Below are positions 19,736 through 29,858 of a stretch of DNA of 64,000 nucleotides, in pieces (position 1 is the stretch's first letter; the number at the start of each line of letters is the position of its first letter). The position numbers and the translations under genes are program-made. The stretch covers positions 67,659 through 131,658 of the forward strand of contig JAZDJR010000018.1 of assembly GCA_043803815.1 (NCBI GenBank), in the 5' to 3' direction. Under the pieces are notes generated by a model. It saw nothing but the letters and a program-made list of their open reading frames with translations, did not search any database and had not been told where the DNA came from. Origin of the DNA: Candidatus Micrarchaeota archaeon. GTDB taxonomy: Archaea; Iainarchaeota; Iainarchaeia; Iainarchaeales; JAGVWC01.

Positions 19736-20218
19736 TTATTGGACCAAATCGCCGATGTAAAACCGGTTAAGCATTCCGGACGGCGGTACTTGAGAATTGG
19801 TTCCGCCGGTTGGCAGGTTGTCGAACACGGTGGTCGCGTCGGTTCCGCAGCTTGGAACCATTGATTGTCCGTTGGGAATAAACGAGACAAAACGCGCCAT
19901 GGAATAGACTTTGCCGTGAATAATCATCCAGCAATCCGAAGCCGAATGGTGGACGGCAACTTCGGCAGCGGTTCGGTTTTGAGGCGGCCCGAAATTTAAG
20001 TCTTCGAATCCGCCTGGCGGTCCGCGAACCGTTCCGTTGCGGTCTCTTCCGAATCCGCGGTTTTGGTCAAAGCCGCGGTTAAAGTCGCGGTTGCCGCGAA
20101 AGCGGTTTTGGTCCGCGGAATTGTTGGGGTTGGTGGACGAACTTGGAGCGGTGCAGCCCGCCAATACCAAAACTGTTGCAAGCGCCAACGCCAAAAAAAT
20201 TTTTTGTTTTACTCGCAA
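19736..20218 (-). CDS. Lipoprotein with cytochrome b5-like heme/steroid-binding domain
   Basis: Lipobox LAGC; EVAVHH..DCWMIIHGKVY, CGTDAT..F, FYIGDL; HPGG motif absent. Confidence 0.78.
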   Translation of the reverse strand: MRVKQKIFLALALATVLVLAGCTAPSSSTNPNNSADQNRFRGNRDFNRGFDQNRGFGRDRNGTVRGPPGGFEDLNFGPPQNRTAAEVAVHHSASDCWMIIHGKVYSMARFVSFIPNGQSMVPSCGTDATTVFDNLPTGGTNSQVPPSGMLNRFYIGDLVQ

Positions 20219-20268
20219 TTTGGTTTTCGCCTTTATTTTTTATTTTTTTTCTTTATTTTTTGTTTTTT

Positions 20269-21564
20269 TTATTCGTAGCGCAAAGCGTCGATGGGTTTGA
20301 GCCTGGACGCGGTTCGCGCGGGAACGATTCCGGCCAAGACTCCGATGACTGTGGACAATACAATGGCTTCAACCAACAGGATTGGCGTGACGAGAGTGGT
20401 GATACCGCCGCCTCCTGCGATTCCGCCGGCAATGCGAAGCCCCGCTTCGGTCAGGCCGTAAGAAATTAATGTTCCCAAAATTGCGCCGATTACTCCGCCG
20501 ACCAGGCCGAATAAGGCGGATTCAATGACAAAGAGGCGCAATACTTCATAGTTGGATGCACCCAAGGCTTTCAGGATTCCGATTTCGTGCGTTTTTTCAA
20601 GAACCGAAGTAAACATGCTGTTGGCAACTCCGATGGCGCCCACCAATAGGGAAACCGCGGCGATTGCGCCCAAAAACAGGGTTAGGGTATCGGTAACGCT
20701 GCTGACTTGCTGCTGAATCGCCTGCGCGGAAGTAATCGTAAAGTCCTGGTTTTGGCTGGTTACTTTTCGCGAAATCAATAAAGACTGGGTCAATTGCGAA
20801 ACCGTGTTGTCCGCTTGGCTTACGTCCGCCACTTTTAATTGGATGGAAGAATAGGTATCCTTGTTGATGTCCGTGAGAACATTCCAGGCCGAAGTGTAAG
20901 GGATATAAACGCTGTTGTCCCCGCCTCCGCCGCCGAATCCGCCTCCGCTGGAAGCAAGTATTCCGACAACTGTGAAAGGCTTGTCGTTTAAGATAATTGG
21001 GCGACCCAAGGTAATGGGCAATTTGAAAGTGGAATTGGCTACGCGGCTTCCGATAACAACCGCCTGCGAATCGCTCGGGGTCAAAAATCGGCCGCTGGCC
21101 AAAGTAAGGTTGGTCATTTGTTTCCAGGGCAAGGGGTCGATTCCCTGTACGCTGACGTCGGCTTTTTCGGAAAGGAAAACCAGGTCGCTTCGGCCCGAAA
21201 CAATTCTATTTAGTAGCAGCACCTGCGGGTTTTGCTGGATAACCTGAAAATCTTTTTTGGTCAGTTCGGGAGTCGTGCTGTTGGAAGTGGAAGTCGCAGT
21301 CCTGCCGCCACTTGTGCCTTCTCCGCCGCCGCGAACGTTTCCAAAAAATCCGCCCGCGCGGTTAAATCCGGGAGAAATCGTGACTTGGTCCGCGCCGAAT
21401 CCGGATAACCGCGCACTGATGCTTGCTTGCGCGCCTTCGCCGATGGAAATAATGGATACTACCGCGGCTACACCGATAATGATTCCGAGTAACGTCAGCC
21501 AGGCGCGCAGCCTGCGATGCAGAATGCTGTTGACGGACAGCTCGAACGAGTCGGCGAATCGCAC
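20269..21564 (-). CDS. ABC transporter permease, MacB/FtsX family
   Basis: LTLLGIIIGVAAV, IGVANSMFTSVLEKTHEIGILKALGA, PARTASRLKPIDALRYE. Confidence 0.92.
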   Translation of the reverse strand: MRFADSFELSVNSILHRRLRAWLTLLGIIIGVAAVVSIISIGEGAQASISARLSGFGADQVTISPGFNRAGGFFGNVRGGGEGTSGGRTATSTSNSTTPELTKKDFQVIQQNPQVLLLNRIVSGRSDLVFLSEKADVSVQGIDPLPWKQMTNLTLASGRFLTPSDSQAVVIGSRVANSTFKLPITLGRPIILNDKPFTVVGILASSGGGFGGGGGDNSVYIPYTSAWNVLTDINKDTYSSIQLKVADVSQADNTVSQLTQSLLISRKVTSQNQDFTITSAQAIQQQVSSVTDTLTLFLGAIAAVSLLVGAIGVANSMFTSVLEKTHEIGILKALGASNYEVLRLFVIESALFGLVGGVIGAILGTLISYGLTEAGLRIAGGIAGGGGITTLVTPILLVEAIVLSTVIGVLAGIVPARTASRLKPIDALRYE

Positions 21565-21567
21565 GAT

Positions 21568-23031
21568 CTATCCTCCGTTCTGCTTTCGCTTGAAAAACCA
21601 AATGAGAATTCCAAAGGACAGGATTCCAGCGACTGCCGCGCTGATAAGGCTTGCAGCGAACAGGTAAACGCTGGCTAAAAACAGCGCGATGACTATGATG
21701 AGAAACAGGCCGAACTTTTTCCAGTCTTTTTTGGAACGAAAATAGTTATAGGCGATTCCTCCAAGGCCGATGACAGCCAACAAGGCCCAGGGCAGCCAGG
21801 ACAAATTGTTTCGCTGCTGGAACTGGGTTGCGGCAATGTTTGCGTTTCCAGTGGTCGCATTTAACGCGACTTCTTTGACTACGCTTTGGCGCTGGCCGGT
21901 CGTATCCGTATAATCGATGGTTACTTTTAAGGTCTGCGAAGCTGGTGAAAATCCTGTTCCGCCTGTGCCTGTTCCACCGGTTCCGCTGGTGCCGCCGGTT
22001 CCAGTAGTTCCACCGGCTCTGCGTCCTGCACCAAAACCGCTTCCTTGGTTCTGGTCGATGCTAACGGTCGGCACTTGAAAATTGGCGAGCGTAAAATCGC
22101 CTTTGTTCAGGTTTCCCAAAATGGCCACGTTGCTTCCGACTATTCGGATGCCGTCTTGGGGAAGAATTTTGACGACTACGGCTCCGGCGTTGTTGGAGCC
22201 GATATTGGCAATGCTGACGGATAATTGCCCCGAGGTCTGGTTATCGATGCTGGCTTCAAAATCGGTAGTTCCGCCTACGACAAGCCCCACTTGCGAAGTT
22301 TGGATTTGGGTTCCGTTGTTGTCGACAAAGGAAACCGTGACATCCAGCGAATACACTCCGGTTGCTATGTTAGGGTCGGCTACAACCGTGTATGAAACGG
22401 GAACGTTTGAGTCGGCTTCCAATTGGTCGATGTAGCGCTTGTTGTCGGTTCCCAAGGGCAGCACCAAATTGTTTTTTTCCTGCCAGGAAAGCGAAATATT
22501 GGAAATGGAAGTTTCGCTCAGGTTTTGAAGCGAAAAAACAATCGTGGTCGGCGATGACGGACTGATGACGTTGGGCGAAACCGAAACATCGATGTTTTTT
22601 TGGGTTTTGAAAACAGGAATCGCGAGCGTTTCTTTTTGGCTGACCGGCTGATTGTCCCGCAAATAAATAAGGTTTACAAAAAGAGGATAATATCCCGCGA
22701 TGGTTCCTGGCTTGACCCGAAACGAAAACACCAAAGTTTTGGTTGAATCGGGAGAAATAAGCGAAATAAAATCGCTTGGCTTTACGGGTTCAAACTGGTT
22801 TCCCAGCTCCAGCTGGGCGTTCAAATCGATTACCGGCAAAAGCGTGGCACGGTTATGAACAGCCAAGGCCAGGCTGACCGTATCGCCCGAACGAATCGAT
22901 GCGGGTAAATAGGTGGTTTGGGAAATTTCAATCAGGTTGGAATACTCCGCGGTCGCGGCGTGCACAAACGGAATAATTGCCGCCAATGCAAAAACGAGGC
23001 TTATCGCCAGTGCGAATTTTTTTTCGTTCAT
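21568..23031 (-). CDS. COG1361 S-layer-like Ig-repeat membrane protein
   Basis: Signal peptide, repeated Ig-like domains (ANIGSNNA), Gly/Thr linker, C-terminal TM helices; located in the ABC operon. Confidence 0.75.
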   Translation of the reverse strand: MNEKKFALAISLVFALAAIIPFVHAATAEYSNLIEISQTTYLPASIRSGDTVSLALAVHNRATLLPVIDLNAQLELGNQFEPVKPSDFISLISPDSTKTLVFSFRVKPGTIAGYYPLFVNLIYLRDNQPVSQKETLAIPVFKTQKNIDVSVSPNVISPSSPTTIVFSLQNLSETSISNISLSWQEKNNLVLPLGTDNKRYIDQLEADSNVPVSYTVVADPNIATGVYSLDVTVSFVDNNGTQIQTSQVGLVVGGTTDFEASIDNQTSGQLSVSIANIGSNNAGAVVVKILPQDGIRIVGSNVAILGNLNKGDFTLANFQVPTVSIDQNQGSGFGAGRRAGGTTGTGGTSGTGGTGTGGTGFSPASQTLKVTIDYTDTTGQRQSVVKEVALNATTGNANIAATQFQQRNNLSWLPWALLAVIGLGGIAYNYFRSKKDWKKFGLFLIIVIALFLASVYLFAASLISAAVAGILSFGILIWFFKRKQNGG

Positions 23032-23738
23032 TTTCTTTTCTCCTTTTTTTTGTTTTTTACATCGGAAACGATTTTGCCGTCCCGCATCGTGACAATCCGG
23101 TCGGCGACTGCGGCAATATCGTTTTCGTGGGTAACCAGCACGATTGTTTTGGATTCTTTTTTGTTCAGGTTCTCAAACAAAGACATTATTTCCACACTTG
23201 TTTTGGTGTCCAGATTTCCCGTGGGTTCGTCCGCCAGCATCAGTGAAGGCGTTGTGGACAATGCGCGCGCAACGGCGATGCGCTGGCGCTCCCCGCCGGA
23301 CAGCTGTCCGGGCAGGTGGTTTTTCCGGTTTTCCAGCCCCACAAGCCGAACCAGCTCGTTTACTTTTTTCGTGATTTCAGCGGGATTAAACTCGTGGATT
23401 TTCATGGGGAGCGCGATGTTTTCCGACACGTTTAAGGTGGGATACAAATTAAAATTCTGGAAAACAAAACCGATTTTTTTTCCGCGAATCCTGGCCACTT
23501 GGTTTTCGGACAGGCTCGTAATATCGGTTCCGTCAATCAATACCTTTCCGCCGGTCGGCGAGTCCAAGGCGCCAATCAGGTTTAACATTGTCGATTTTCC
23601 GGAGCCAGACGCTCCCATAATCGCCACAAACTCGCCATCGTAAATTTTCAGGTCAATGTTGCGAACCGCGGTGACTTCCACCAAATCCAAATGATACACT
23701 TTGGAGACATTCTGCAGTTCCAAAACGAGTTTAGCCAT
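23028..23738 (-). CDS. ABC transporter ATP-binding protein, LolD/MacB family
   Basis: GASGSGKST, LSGGERQR, LADEPTGNLD, VTHE. Confidence 0.95.
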   Translation of the reverse strand: MAKLVLELQNVSKVYHLDLVEVTAVRNIDLKIYDGEFVAIMGASGSGKSTMLNLIGALDSPTGGKVLIDGTDITSLSENQVARIRGKKIGFVFQNFNLYPTLNVSENIALPMKIHEFNPAEITKKVNELVRLVGLENRKNHLPGQLSGGERQRIAVARALSTTPSLMLADEPTGNLDTKTSVEIMSLFENLNKKESKTIVLVTHENDIAAVADRIVTMRDGKIVSDVKNKKKEKRK

Positions 23739-23891
23739 ATAAAACCATTTCCTTGTCCTTTTGCCGGCTTTTTCGTTCGCCCTTAAAAGGGCTCGGGATT
23801 TGCCCCTGTTTTAAATGGGATTGTACGCGTTAATAATACGAAGTGAAATCACCTGAAACGCAACGTTAACCCTTTTGAAAAAGGTTGAAAT

Positions 23892-24485
23892 ATGAAACAA
23901 GCCGAAACGGGATTTAAAACCAAGAAAAAATATGTTTTGATAATGGTGCTGTGCTTTTTGTACGGCGGTTTTGCGCTTTTTTTGTTTGCAACCGAAGCAT
24001 ACACTGCCTATTGGAGAGCCGACATTTTGAACACTTCGCGCTTTGGCCCTCCCGATGATTTTAACCGGGGCCAGCCTCCCGATTTTAACCGGCTGGCGGA
24101 TAACAATCAAAACTCGGTTGCCGGCCGCTTTCCCCGCGACCCCGTTGCCGCCTTGACTTCTCCCGCGGCACTGATTGAACTTTTTGGCGGAATTATATCT
24201 TTATTGGCGGGACTTGGAATTTGGAACCTGATTCGCGAAAAAGAAATCAAAAAAATAAAGGAAGAAACCGCCAACCATTTGCTTTTGCCTGAAGAACGCG
24301 CCATTATCGAAGCCGTCAAAAAATCCGGGCTGGAATCCACCCAAGCAAGGCTTGCCAAGGAAACTGGGCTTTCGCGCGTGCAGATTCACCGCACCCTTAA
24401 CCGCCTGGAAGCCAAAGGGCTTTTGGAAAAGCACAAGTACGGCTTGACCAATAAAATTATTTTGAAAAAAGAAATATTTGAATAA
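23892..24485 (+). CDS. Membrane-anchored wHTH transcriptional regulator
   Basis: Two TM helices, then LLPEERAII..TQARLAKETGLSRVQIHRTLNRLEAKGLL; divergent from the ABC operon. Confidence 0.8.
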   Translation: MKQAETGFKTKKKYVLIMVLCFLYGGFALFLFATEAYTAYWRADILNTSRFGPPDDFNRGQPPDFNRLADNNQNSVAGRFPRDPVAALTSPAALIELFGGIISLLAGLGIWNLIREKEIKKIKEETANHLLLPEERAIIEAVKKSGLESTQARLAKETGLSRVQIHRTLNRLEAKGLLEKHKYGLTNKIILKKEIFE

Positions 24486-24554
24486 ATAATTGCTCAACAA
24501 AAAAGCCAATCGTTTGGAATTAGGAATTTGCATTCAGAAAAAGTGCGGGACTTT

Positions 24555-25988
24555 TTATTGGTTGGGCGAAAGCACGGAATCCAGTTCGGTTTGGATTGCA
24601 ACCGCATCCGTTACCGCTGTTCTGCGCGTGGTAAACTGCACCACGACATGCACCGAATTGTTCACATCGGTTCCGGGAACCACGCGGCCGTCAATTGTTC
24701 CGCCGGGAACGCTGAACACGGCGTTGGAATCGGATAATTCGGTTGCGTTAAACGTTGCCTGCTGAAACACGGTCACGGTTTGCGCGTCGTGCCACAAAGC
24801 CGCTTTGAGTTGGTCTGCGGTTTGCTTTGAAACCAACGGCAAATCCGAATTCAGCTTGAGGGCGCCTTGGATTTGCACGCCGGGCAAAAATACCGCCTTG
24901 TCCAAAGCCACAGAAACGCTTTGCAAATAATCCAAGACTTTTTCCCGGTATGACAGCCATTCCGCCTTATTGGAGTGAACATCAATCGTGGCTTGGTAGG
25001 GCAACTGGTTTGTATACGCCTGCACGGGATTAGTTGGGTTAATCGTTGCCAAAAACGCGAGGAACGCGGGGACATCCAGCTGCGCGTTCACGGAAAAACG
25101 CAGATGCGAATCCGGCCGAACCGAAACGGGAAACAACTGAATTCCGGGAACCGTGCTGAGTTTTTCTTCCCAAAACGCGGCATTGGCGTCTTGGTTTGAA
25201 TCCGGCAAATAATCCGCCTGAATAATCAGTCCCAAGTTAGGGGCCAGTTCGGCAACAGCCAGATCAACGGAAGCCAAACGGCTCACGGATTTGGTGTTTT
25301 CGTTCGAGTTTTGAATTTCAAACGCCTGCACGGACTGCAGATTCGAACCGGTCAAGGAAACCTGCAATTGAACCTGCAAAGAATCGTTGGTCAGAGTCAA
25401 AAAATCCAGCTTGGCCGGAACCAGCTGGGTGTCAAACGTGTAATCCCTTGAAACATTAAGGTCCTGATTGGCCAGATTCACGGTTTTGGGAATCTCGACA
25501 AAACCGTTTTTTACAAACGAAAATGAACCCAATACTCCCGCAGTCTTTTCGGTTAATGCGGAAGTAAGCGCTTCAAAAGTGGTTTTTTTGCCGTCAAACG
25601 AAATCTCGGCATAATAAACAAAACCTTGTCCTTGCATCTGAACACGCGAGCTCAACTGGCGAATACCCGAAACCGCCGAAACCAAGGCATCAATTTTTTG
25701 GATGTCAACTTCGCTTGTTTGTGCAACCAAAGTAAACGACGGCAGCAGGCTTTTTACTTTCGCGGGCACTACCGCGGTATAGGTTAGCGGCGTTCCTTCG
25801 GTATTGGACAGCGGCGCAGTCGAACCGTTCGGATTCGAGGAGCCGTTATCGCTATTGGATAACAAAGCAAACGCAATCGTGGAACCCACCATAATGACGA
25901 CAATGGCCAGGGCGAAAATCTGGGTGCCGCTGAGTTTTTTGGACCAAACGGATTCCTTAGAATTTTTTTTGACTGTATTTTTGGCCAT
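24555..25988 (-). CDS. Hypothetical membrane-anchored extracellular protein
   Basis: N-terminal TM helix IFALAIVVIMVGSTIAFALL; long beta-rich ORF. Confidence 0.7.
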   Translation of the reverse strand: MAKNTVKKNSKESVWSKKLSGTQIFALAIVVIMVGSTIAFALLSNSDNGSSNPNGSTAPLSNTEGTPLTYTAVVPAKVKSLLPSFTLVAQTSEVDIQKIDALVSAVSGIRQLSSRVQMQGQGFVYYAEISFDGKKTTFEALTSALTEKTAGVLGSFSFVKNGFVEIPKTVNLANQDLNVSRDYTFDTQLVPAKLDFLTLTNDSLQVQLQVSLTGSNLQSVQAFEIQNSNENTKSVSRLASVDLAVAELAPNLGLIIQADYLPDSNQDANAAFWEEKLSTVPGIQLFPVSVRPDSHLRFSVNAQLDVPAFLAFLATINPTNPVQAYTNQLPYQATIDVHSNKAEWLSYREKVLDYLQSVSVALDKAVFLPGVQIQGALKLNSDLPLVSKQTADQLKAALWHDAQTVTVFQQATFNATELSDSNAVFSVPGGTIDGRVVPGTDVNNSVHVVVQFTTRRTAVTDAVAIQTELDSVLSPNQ

Positions 25989-26173
25989 AGAGCATCCCGA
26001 CAAAAATTGGCTTCCGAAAAAAAACTGATACCAAGTTCTTTTTACTTTAAACTATTGAAAACAAAATTGAATAAAAAAGGGTGGTTTTGGTTAGGACAAG
26101 GCCTTAAAAATGCTTTCGGACGAAAAGTGCATAATACGGTTTTTGAACTTATTAATCATTAAAGGACGTTAAA

Positions 26174-26941
26174 ATGACTTCCAGCGAATCCGACACCAAA
26201 CCAAGCCAAGCGACTGCCAAACCAAAAGTACTGCCCGTTGTTCTCGTGGATTACACTGGAACCGACCTGGTCAGCGGACAATTGTTTGAATCGACCAATG
26301 CCAAACACGCGCAGGAAGGAAATATTTTTAATCCGCGGATTACCTACAAACCCGTGCCGATTATTTTAGGCATGCACGAACTGATTCCGGCTTTGGAAAA
26401 AGAACTCGAACAGATGAACGAAGGCGAAACCAAAACCGTCCAATTGGAGCCCAAAGAGGGGTACGGCGAACGAAACCCGGACAAAATCCGGATTTTGTCC
26501 CTCAAGGATTTTCGCGAACAAAAAATGAATCCCGTACCTGGGCTCATCATCGAAGCCGACGGAATGCAGGGCAAAGTCCAGTCTGTTTCCGGCGGGCGCG
26601 TGCGATGCGATTTTAACCATCCGCTGGCAGGAAAAAAAATCCGGTACGAAATTACCATGAGAAAAAAAATAACCGAGCCGAAAGAAAAAGTCTCCATGCT
26701 ACTAGCCAAATTTTTTCCCACCACGCCGGTTGAAAACATAACGGTCAAGGATAACGAAGCCGTCATTGAACTGCCAAGCGAACTGGACTCAAAGCCAGAA
26801 GCCGAAATCCTAAAAAAAGTTTTTGAAAGAATGCTCAAAGAGCATGTCGGGTTTTCCAAAGTCGAATTCGCAAAACCCAAAACCGAAAAAAAGGACACGG
26901 CAGAAAAGGATTCCAAAGACGAAAAAACCGATTCGGAATAA
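26174..26941 (+). CDS. slyD: FKBP-type peptidyl-prolyl isomerase (long archaeal SlyD type)
   Basis: VDYTG..FEST, LIPALEKEL, PKEGYGER, DFNHPLAGK. Confidence 0.9.
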   Translation: MTSSESDTKPSQATAKPKVLPVVLVDYTGTDLVSGQLFESTNAKHAQEGNIFNPRITYKPVPIILGMHELIPALEKELEQMNEGETKTVQLEPKEGYGERNPDKIRILSLKDFREQKMNPVPGLIIEADGMQGKVQSVSGGRVRCDFNHPLAGKKIRYEITMRKKITEPKEKVSMLLAKFFPTTPVENITVKDNEAVIELPSELDSKPEAEILKKVFERMLKEHVGFSKVEFAKPKTEKKDTAEKDSKDEKTDSE

Positions 26942-27115
26942 TTCAGCGATTTTTTAACCGTTTTTTTGCAGGCGCCGAAAAATAAACTTTGGGTTTTTGA
27001 TTTCAAAAAAGCGATTTTTCGGCGACAGGCCGCTTTTGGCCCTTAAAAACAAGGCTTTTAAAAGGTTTGGGGTTTATTGGTTATTGAACTTTTACTGTTT
27101 TTACAGGTTTTTTTG

Positions 27116-27751
27116 ATGACAGCCAATACACCCGAACTCAAAACCGGCACCACTACGGTCGGCGTAATCGCAAACGACGCCGTGATTTTGGCCGCGGATA
27201 TGCGGGCTTCTTTGGGCCACATCGCCTATGACGAAGAAAACGACAAATTAAGCGAAATTACCAAGCATATCGGCCTGACCAACGCGGGAAGCGTCGGCGA
27301 CACCATGACCATTGTGCGGTTTTTGCGCTCGCACACCAAAATGTACGAATTGGAACGCGAACACGAAATCTCGCCCAAAGCCCTGGTCACTTACCTTGCT
27401 AATGTTTTAAGCAGCCGGTATTGGGAAGTCCAATATCTGGTCGGCGGATTCGGCGACAAGCCCCAATTGTTTGAAGTCGCGCCCGGCGGAGCCATTCTGG
27501 AAAGAAACAAATACGCGGTCTCGGGCTCGGGAACCGAATTTGCGCTTACCACCCTTGATGTCGGATACAAGGAAAATCTGTCCCGCGAAGACGCGATTAC
27601 CCTTGCCATCGCGGCGATTTCAAGCGGCAAAAGACGCGACATTTTTTCCGGCGGACAATCGGTCTCGGTCATGATTATCGACCAGAACGGCACCGCCCGC
27701 CTGCCCCAAAAACAGGTTGAAAAATACCTGAAAACCAGCAAAAATATATAA
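27116..27751 (+). CDS. psmB: Proteasome subunit beta
   Basis: Propeptide ..KTG/TTTVG, AADMRAS, SGSG, RDIFSG; directly upstream of aCPSF1 as in many archaea. Confidence 0.93.
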   Translation: MTANTPELKTGTTTVGVIANDAVILAADMRASLGHIAYDEENDKLSEITKHIGLTNAGSVGDTMTIVRFLRSHTKMYELEREHEISPKALVTYLANVLSSRYWEVQYLVGGFGDKPQLFEVAPGGAILERNKYAVSGSGTEFALTTLDVGYKENLSREDAITLAIAAISSGKRRDIFSGGQSVSVMIIDQNGTARLPQKQVEKYLKTSKNI

Positions 27752-27850
27752 CCCATTTTTGCGGCAGCTGAAAATTATTTTTTTGCCAATTGCCTTCCAC
27801 TTTTAAAATTATTAGAGAATAGACCGGCTTAAAAAAATTATTTTTGGTTT

Positions 27851-29791
27851 TTGCCGAACAAAAACCGAAACGAATCCGAAAACGGGAAATCGCTTATGGA
27901 TATCCAAAAAGAAGTCGAATCAATCGTCAATACGGTCCTGCCGCCGCAAACGCAGGTGTCCAAAGTCGAAATGGAAGGCCCCGAAGTCGCGATTTACACC
28001 AAAAATCCCGGCGCTTTTTTCGAAAACGAAAACCTGGTCGCGCGAATCGCGTTTGAACTCAAAAAACGGGTGAATATCCGGACCGACAAAAGCCTTTTGG
28101 CAGACCCCGAAGCCGCCAGGCAAAAAATACTGGAAATTGTTCCCAAAGACGCGGGCATTGTTGAAATCATGTTCAACACCCCGTTTTCCGAAGTCATGAT
28201 TGAAAGTGTGAAGCCCGGCCTGGTCATCGGAAAAGGCGGCGAAACTTCCAAGCGAATTATCATTGAAACCGGCTGGACGCCGAACATTATCCGCGCTCCG
28301 ACTTCTCCCAGCGAAATTCTGAAAGGAATCCGCCATCACCAGGTCAAAAACGCCACGGAACGCAAAAAAATCCTCCACGAAATCAGCCAAAAAATTTACC
28401 GGACCATTGAAAAAAAATCGGATTTCTGGGTGCGCTTGACCGCCCTTGGAAGCTTTCAGGAAATCGGGCGCTCGTGCATCCTGCTTGAAACCCCGCACTC
28501 CAAAATTTTGCTCGACTGCGGAATCAACGTCGCAGTAACCGATTCTCCCTATCCCTATCTTGATTCCGTAAATTTTCCCTTGTCCGAACTGGACGCGGTT
28601 GTAATCAGCCACGCGCACACCGACCACTCGGGATTTTTGCCTTACCTGTTCCGCATGGGCTACCACGGGCCGGTGTACTGCACCCTGCCCACGCGCGACC
28701 TGATGACCTTATTGCAGTTTGACGCCATCGACATCTGGAGCAAAGAAGGAAAAGAGCCGATTTTCAGCGAAAAAGACGTCAAGGAAATGCTCAAGTACTG
28801 CATTGTGCGCGATTACCGCGAAGTAACGGACATCGCACCCGACATCCGCATGACCTTTCACAACGCCGCCCACATTTTAGGCTCCGCGTCGGTTCACCTG
28901 CACATCGGCGAAGGCCAGCATAATTTGGTGTACTCCGCGGACATTAAAAACGGGTTTACCCGTTTATTCAACAATCTGGATTTGAATTATCCCCGGCTTG
29001 AAACGCTTTTAATCGAAGGAACCTACTGCGGCAAGGACGATGTCCAGCCCGACCGCATTTTGCAGGAACAGGAACTGGTCAGTGCCATCCGCGAAACCGC
29101 CAAAATCGGCGGCAATATTTTAATCCCGGTTTTTGCCGTCGGCCGCGCACAGGAAGTCATGCTCACCCTGGAAGAAGCGTATCGCCGCGGAGAACTGGAC
29201 GGAATCAAAGTGTACATCGACGGCATGACCAAGGAAGCCAGCGCAATCCACACGGCCTACCCCGAGTTTTTGCGCCGCGGCGTGCAGCGCAGGATTTTAA
29301 CCAACGATTCGCCGTTTACCAGCGACTTGTTCCAGATGGTGCAGCACGGCCAGCGCGAAGAAATCCTGAGCCAAAGCGGAGTCGTCATCATGGCTTCCAG
29401 CGGAATGCTCACCGGCGGCGCGTCACTTCATTATTTCAACAAAATGGCGGCGAATGAAAAAAACCTTTTGATTTTTGTAGGATACCAAGGGGAAGGCTCC
29501 TTGGGAAGAAAACTCCAAAACGGCGTTCAGGACATTCCGATTACCAACGACAAGGGAAAAACCGAAGCATTGCCGCTTCGCATTCGCCTGGAAAATTTGG
29601 ACGGGTTTTCGGGACACTCGGATAGAGTTCAACTCGTCAATTACCTGCGCAACTTAAAACCCAAACCCAAAATGGTTCTGGTGCATCACGGCAACAAAAA
29701 CAAGGTCAACCTGTTTGCCCAATTTATCACCCAAAAATTCCAAATCCAATCCAGCGCGCCGCACAACCTGGACTCGATTCGCCTGCGTTAG
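27851..29791 (+). CDS. fttA: Beta-CASP ribonuclease aCPSF1 (FttA) with N-terminal KH domains
   Basis: KPGLVIGKGG KH motif, SHAHTDH, AAHILGS, GRAQE, GFSGHSD. Confidence 0.95.
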   Translation: MPNKNRNESENGKSLMDIQKEVESIVNTVLPPQTQVSKVEMEGPEVAIYTKNPGAFFENENLVARIAFELKKRVNIRTDKSLLADPEAARQKILEIVPKDAGIVEIMFNTPFSEVMIESVKPGLVIGKGGETSKRIIIETGWTPNIIRAPTSPSEILKGIRHHQVKNATERKKILHEISQKIYRTIEKKSDFWVRLTALGSFQEIGRSCILLETPHSKILLDCGINVAVTDSPYPYLDSVNFPLSELDAVVISHAHTDHSGFLPYLFRMGYHGPVYCTLPTRDLMTLLQFDAIDIWSKEGKEPIFSEKDVKEMLKYCIVRDYREVTDIAPDIRMTFHNAAHILGSASVHLHIGEGQHNLVYSADIKNGFTRLFNNLDLNYPRLETLLIEGTYCGKDDVQPDRILQEQELVSAIRETAKIGGNILIPVFAVGRAQEVMLTLEEAYRRGELDGIKVYIDGMTKEASAIHTAYPEFLRRGVQRRILTNDSPFTSDLFQMVQHGQREEILSQSGVVIMASSGMLTGGASLHYFNKMAANEKNLLIFVGYQGEGSLGRKLQNGVQDIPITNDKGKTEALPLRIRLENLDGFSGHSDRVQLVNYLRNLKPKPKMVLVHHGNKNKVNLFAQFITQKFQIQSSAPHNLDSIRLR

Positions 29792-29828
29792 TTTTTGGTC
29801 AAGCTTTTGCTTGCAAAAGGTTGCCGTT

Positions 29829-29858
29829 CACAACCTGGACTCGATACGGCTACGCTAA
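29829..29858 (+). repeat. Duplicate of the last 30 nt of aCPSF1 (29762-29791); both encode HNLDSIRLR-stop
   Basis: 17 bp identical, then only third-position changes (ATT/ATA, CGC/CGG, CTG/CTA, CGT/CGC, TAG/TAA). Confidence 0.85.

Noticed and set aside
21950-22045. Repeat array
   Set aside because: It encodes a Gly/Thr linker inside a CDS and is not CRISPR-like
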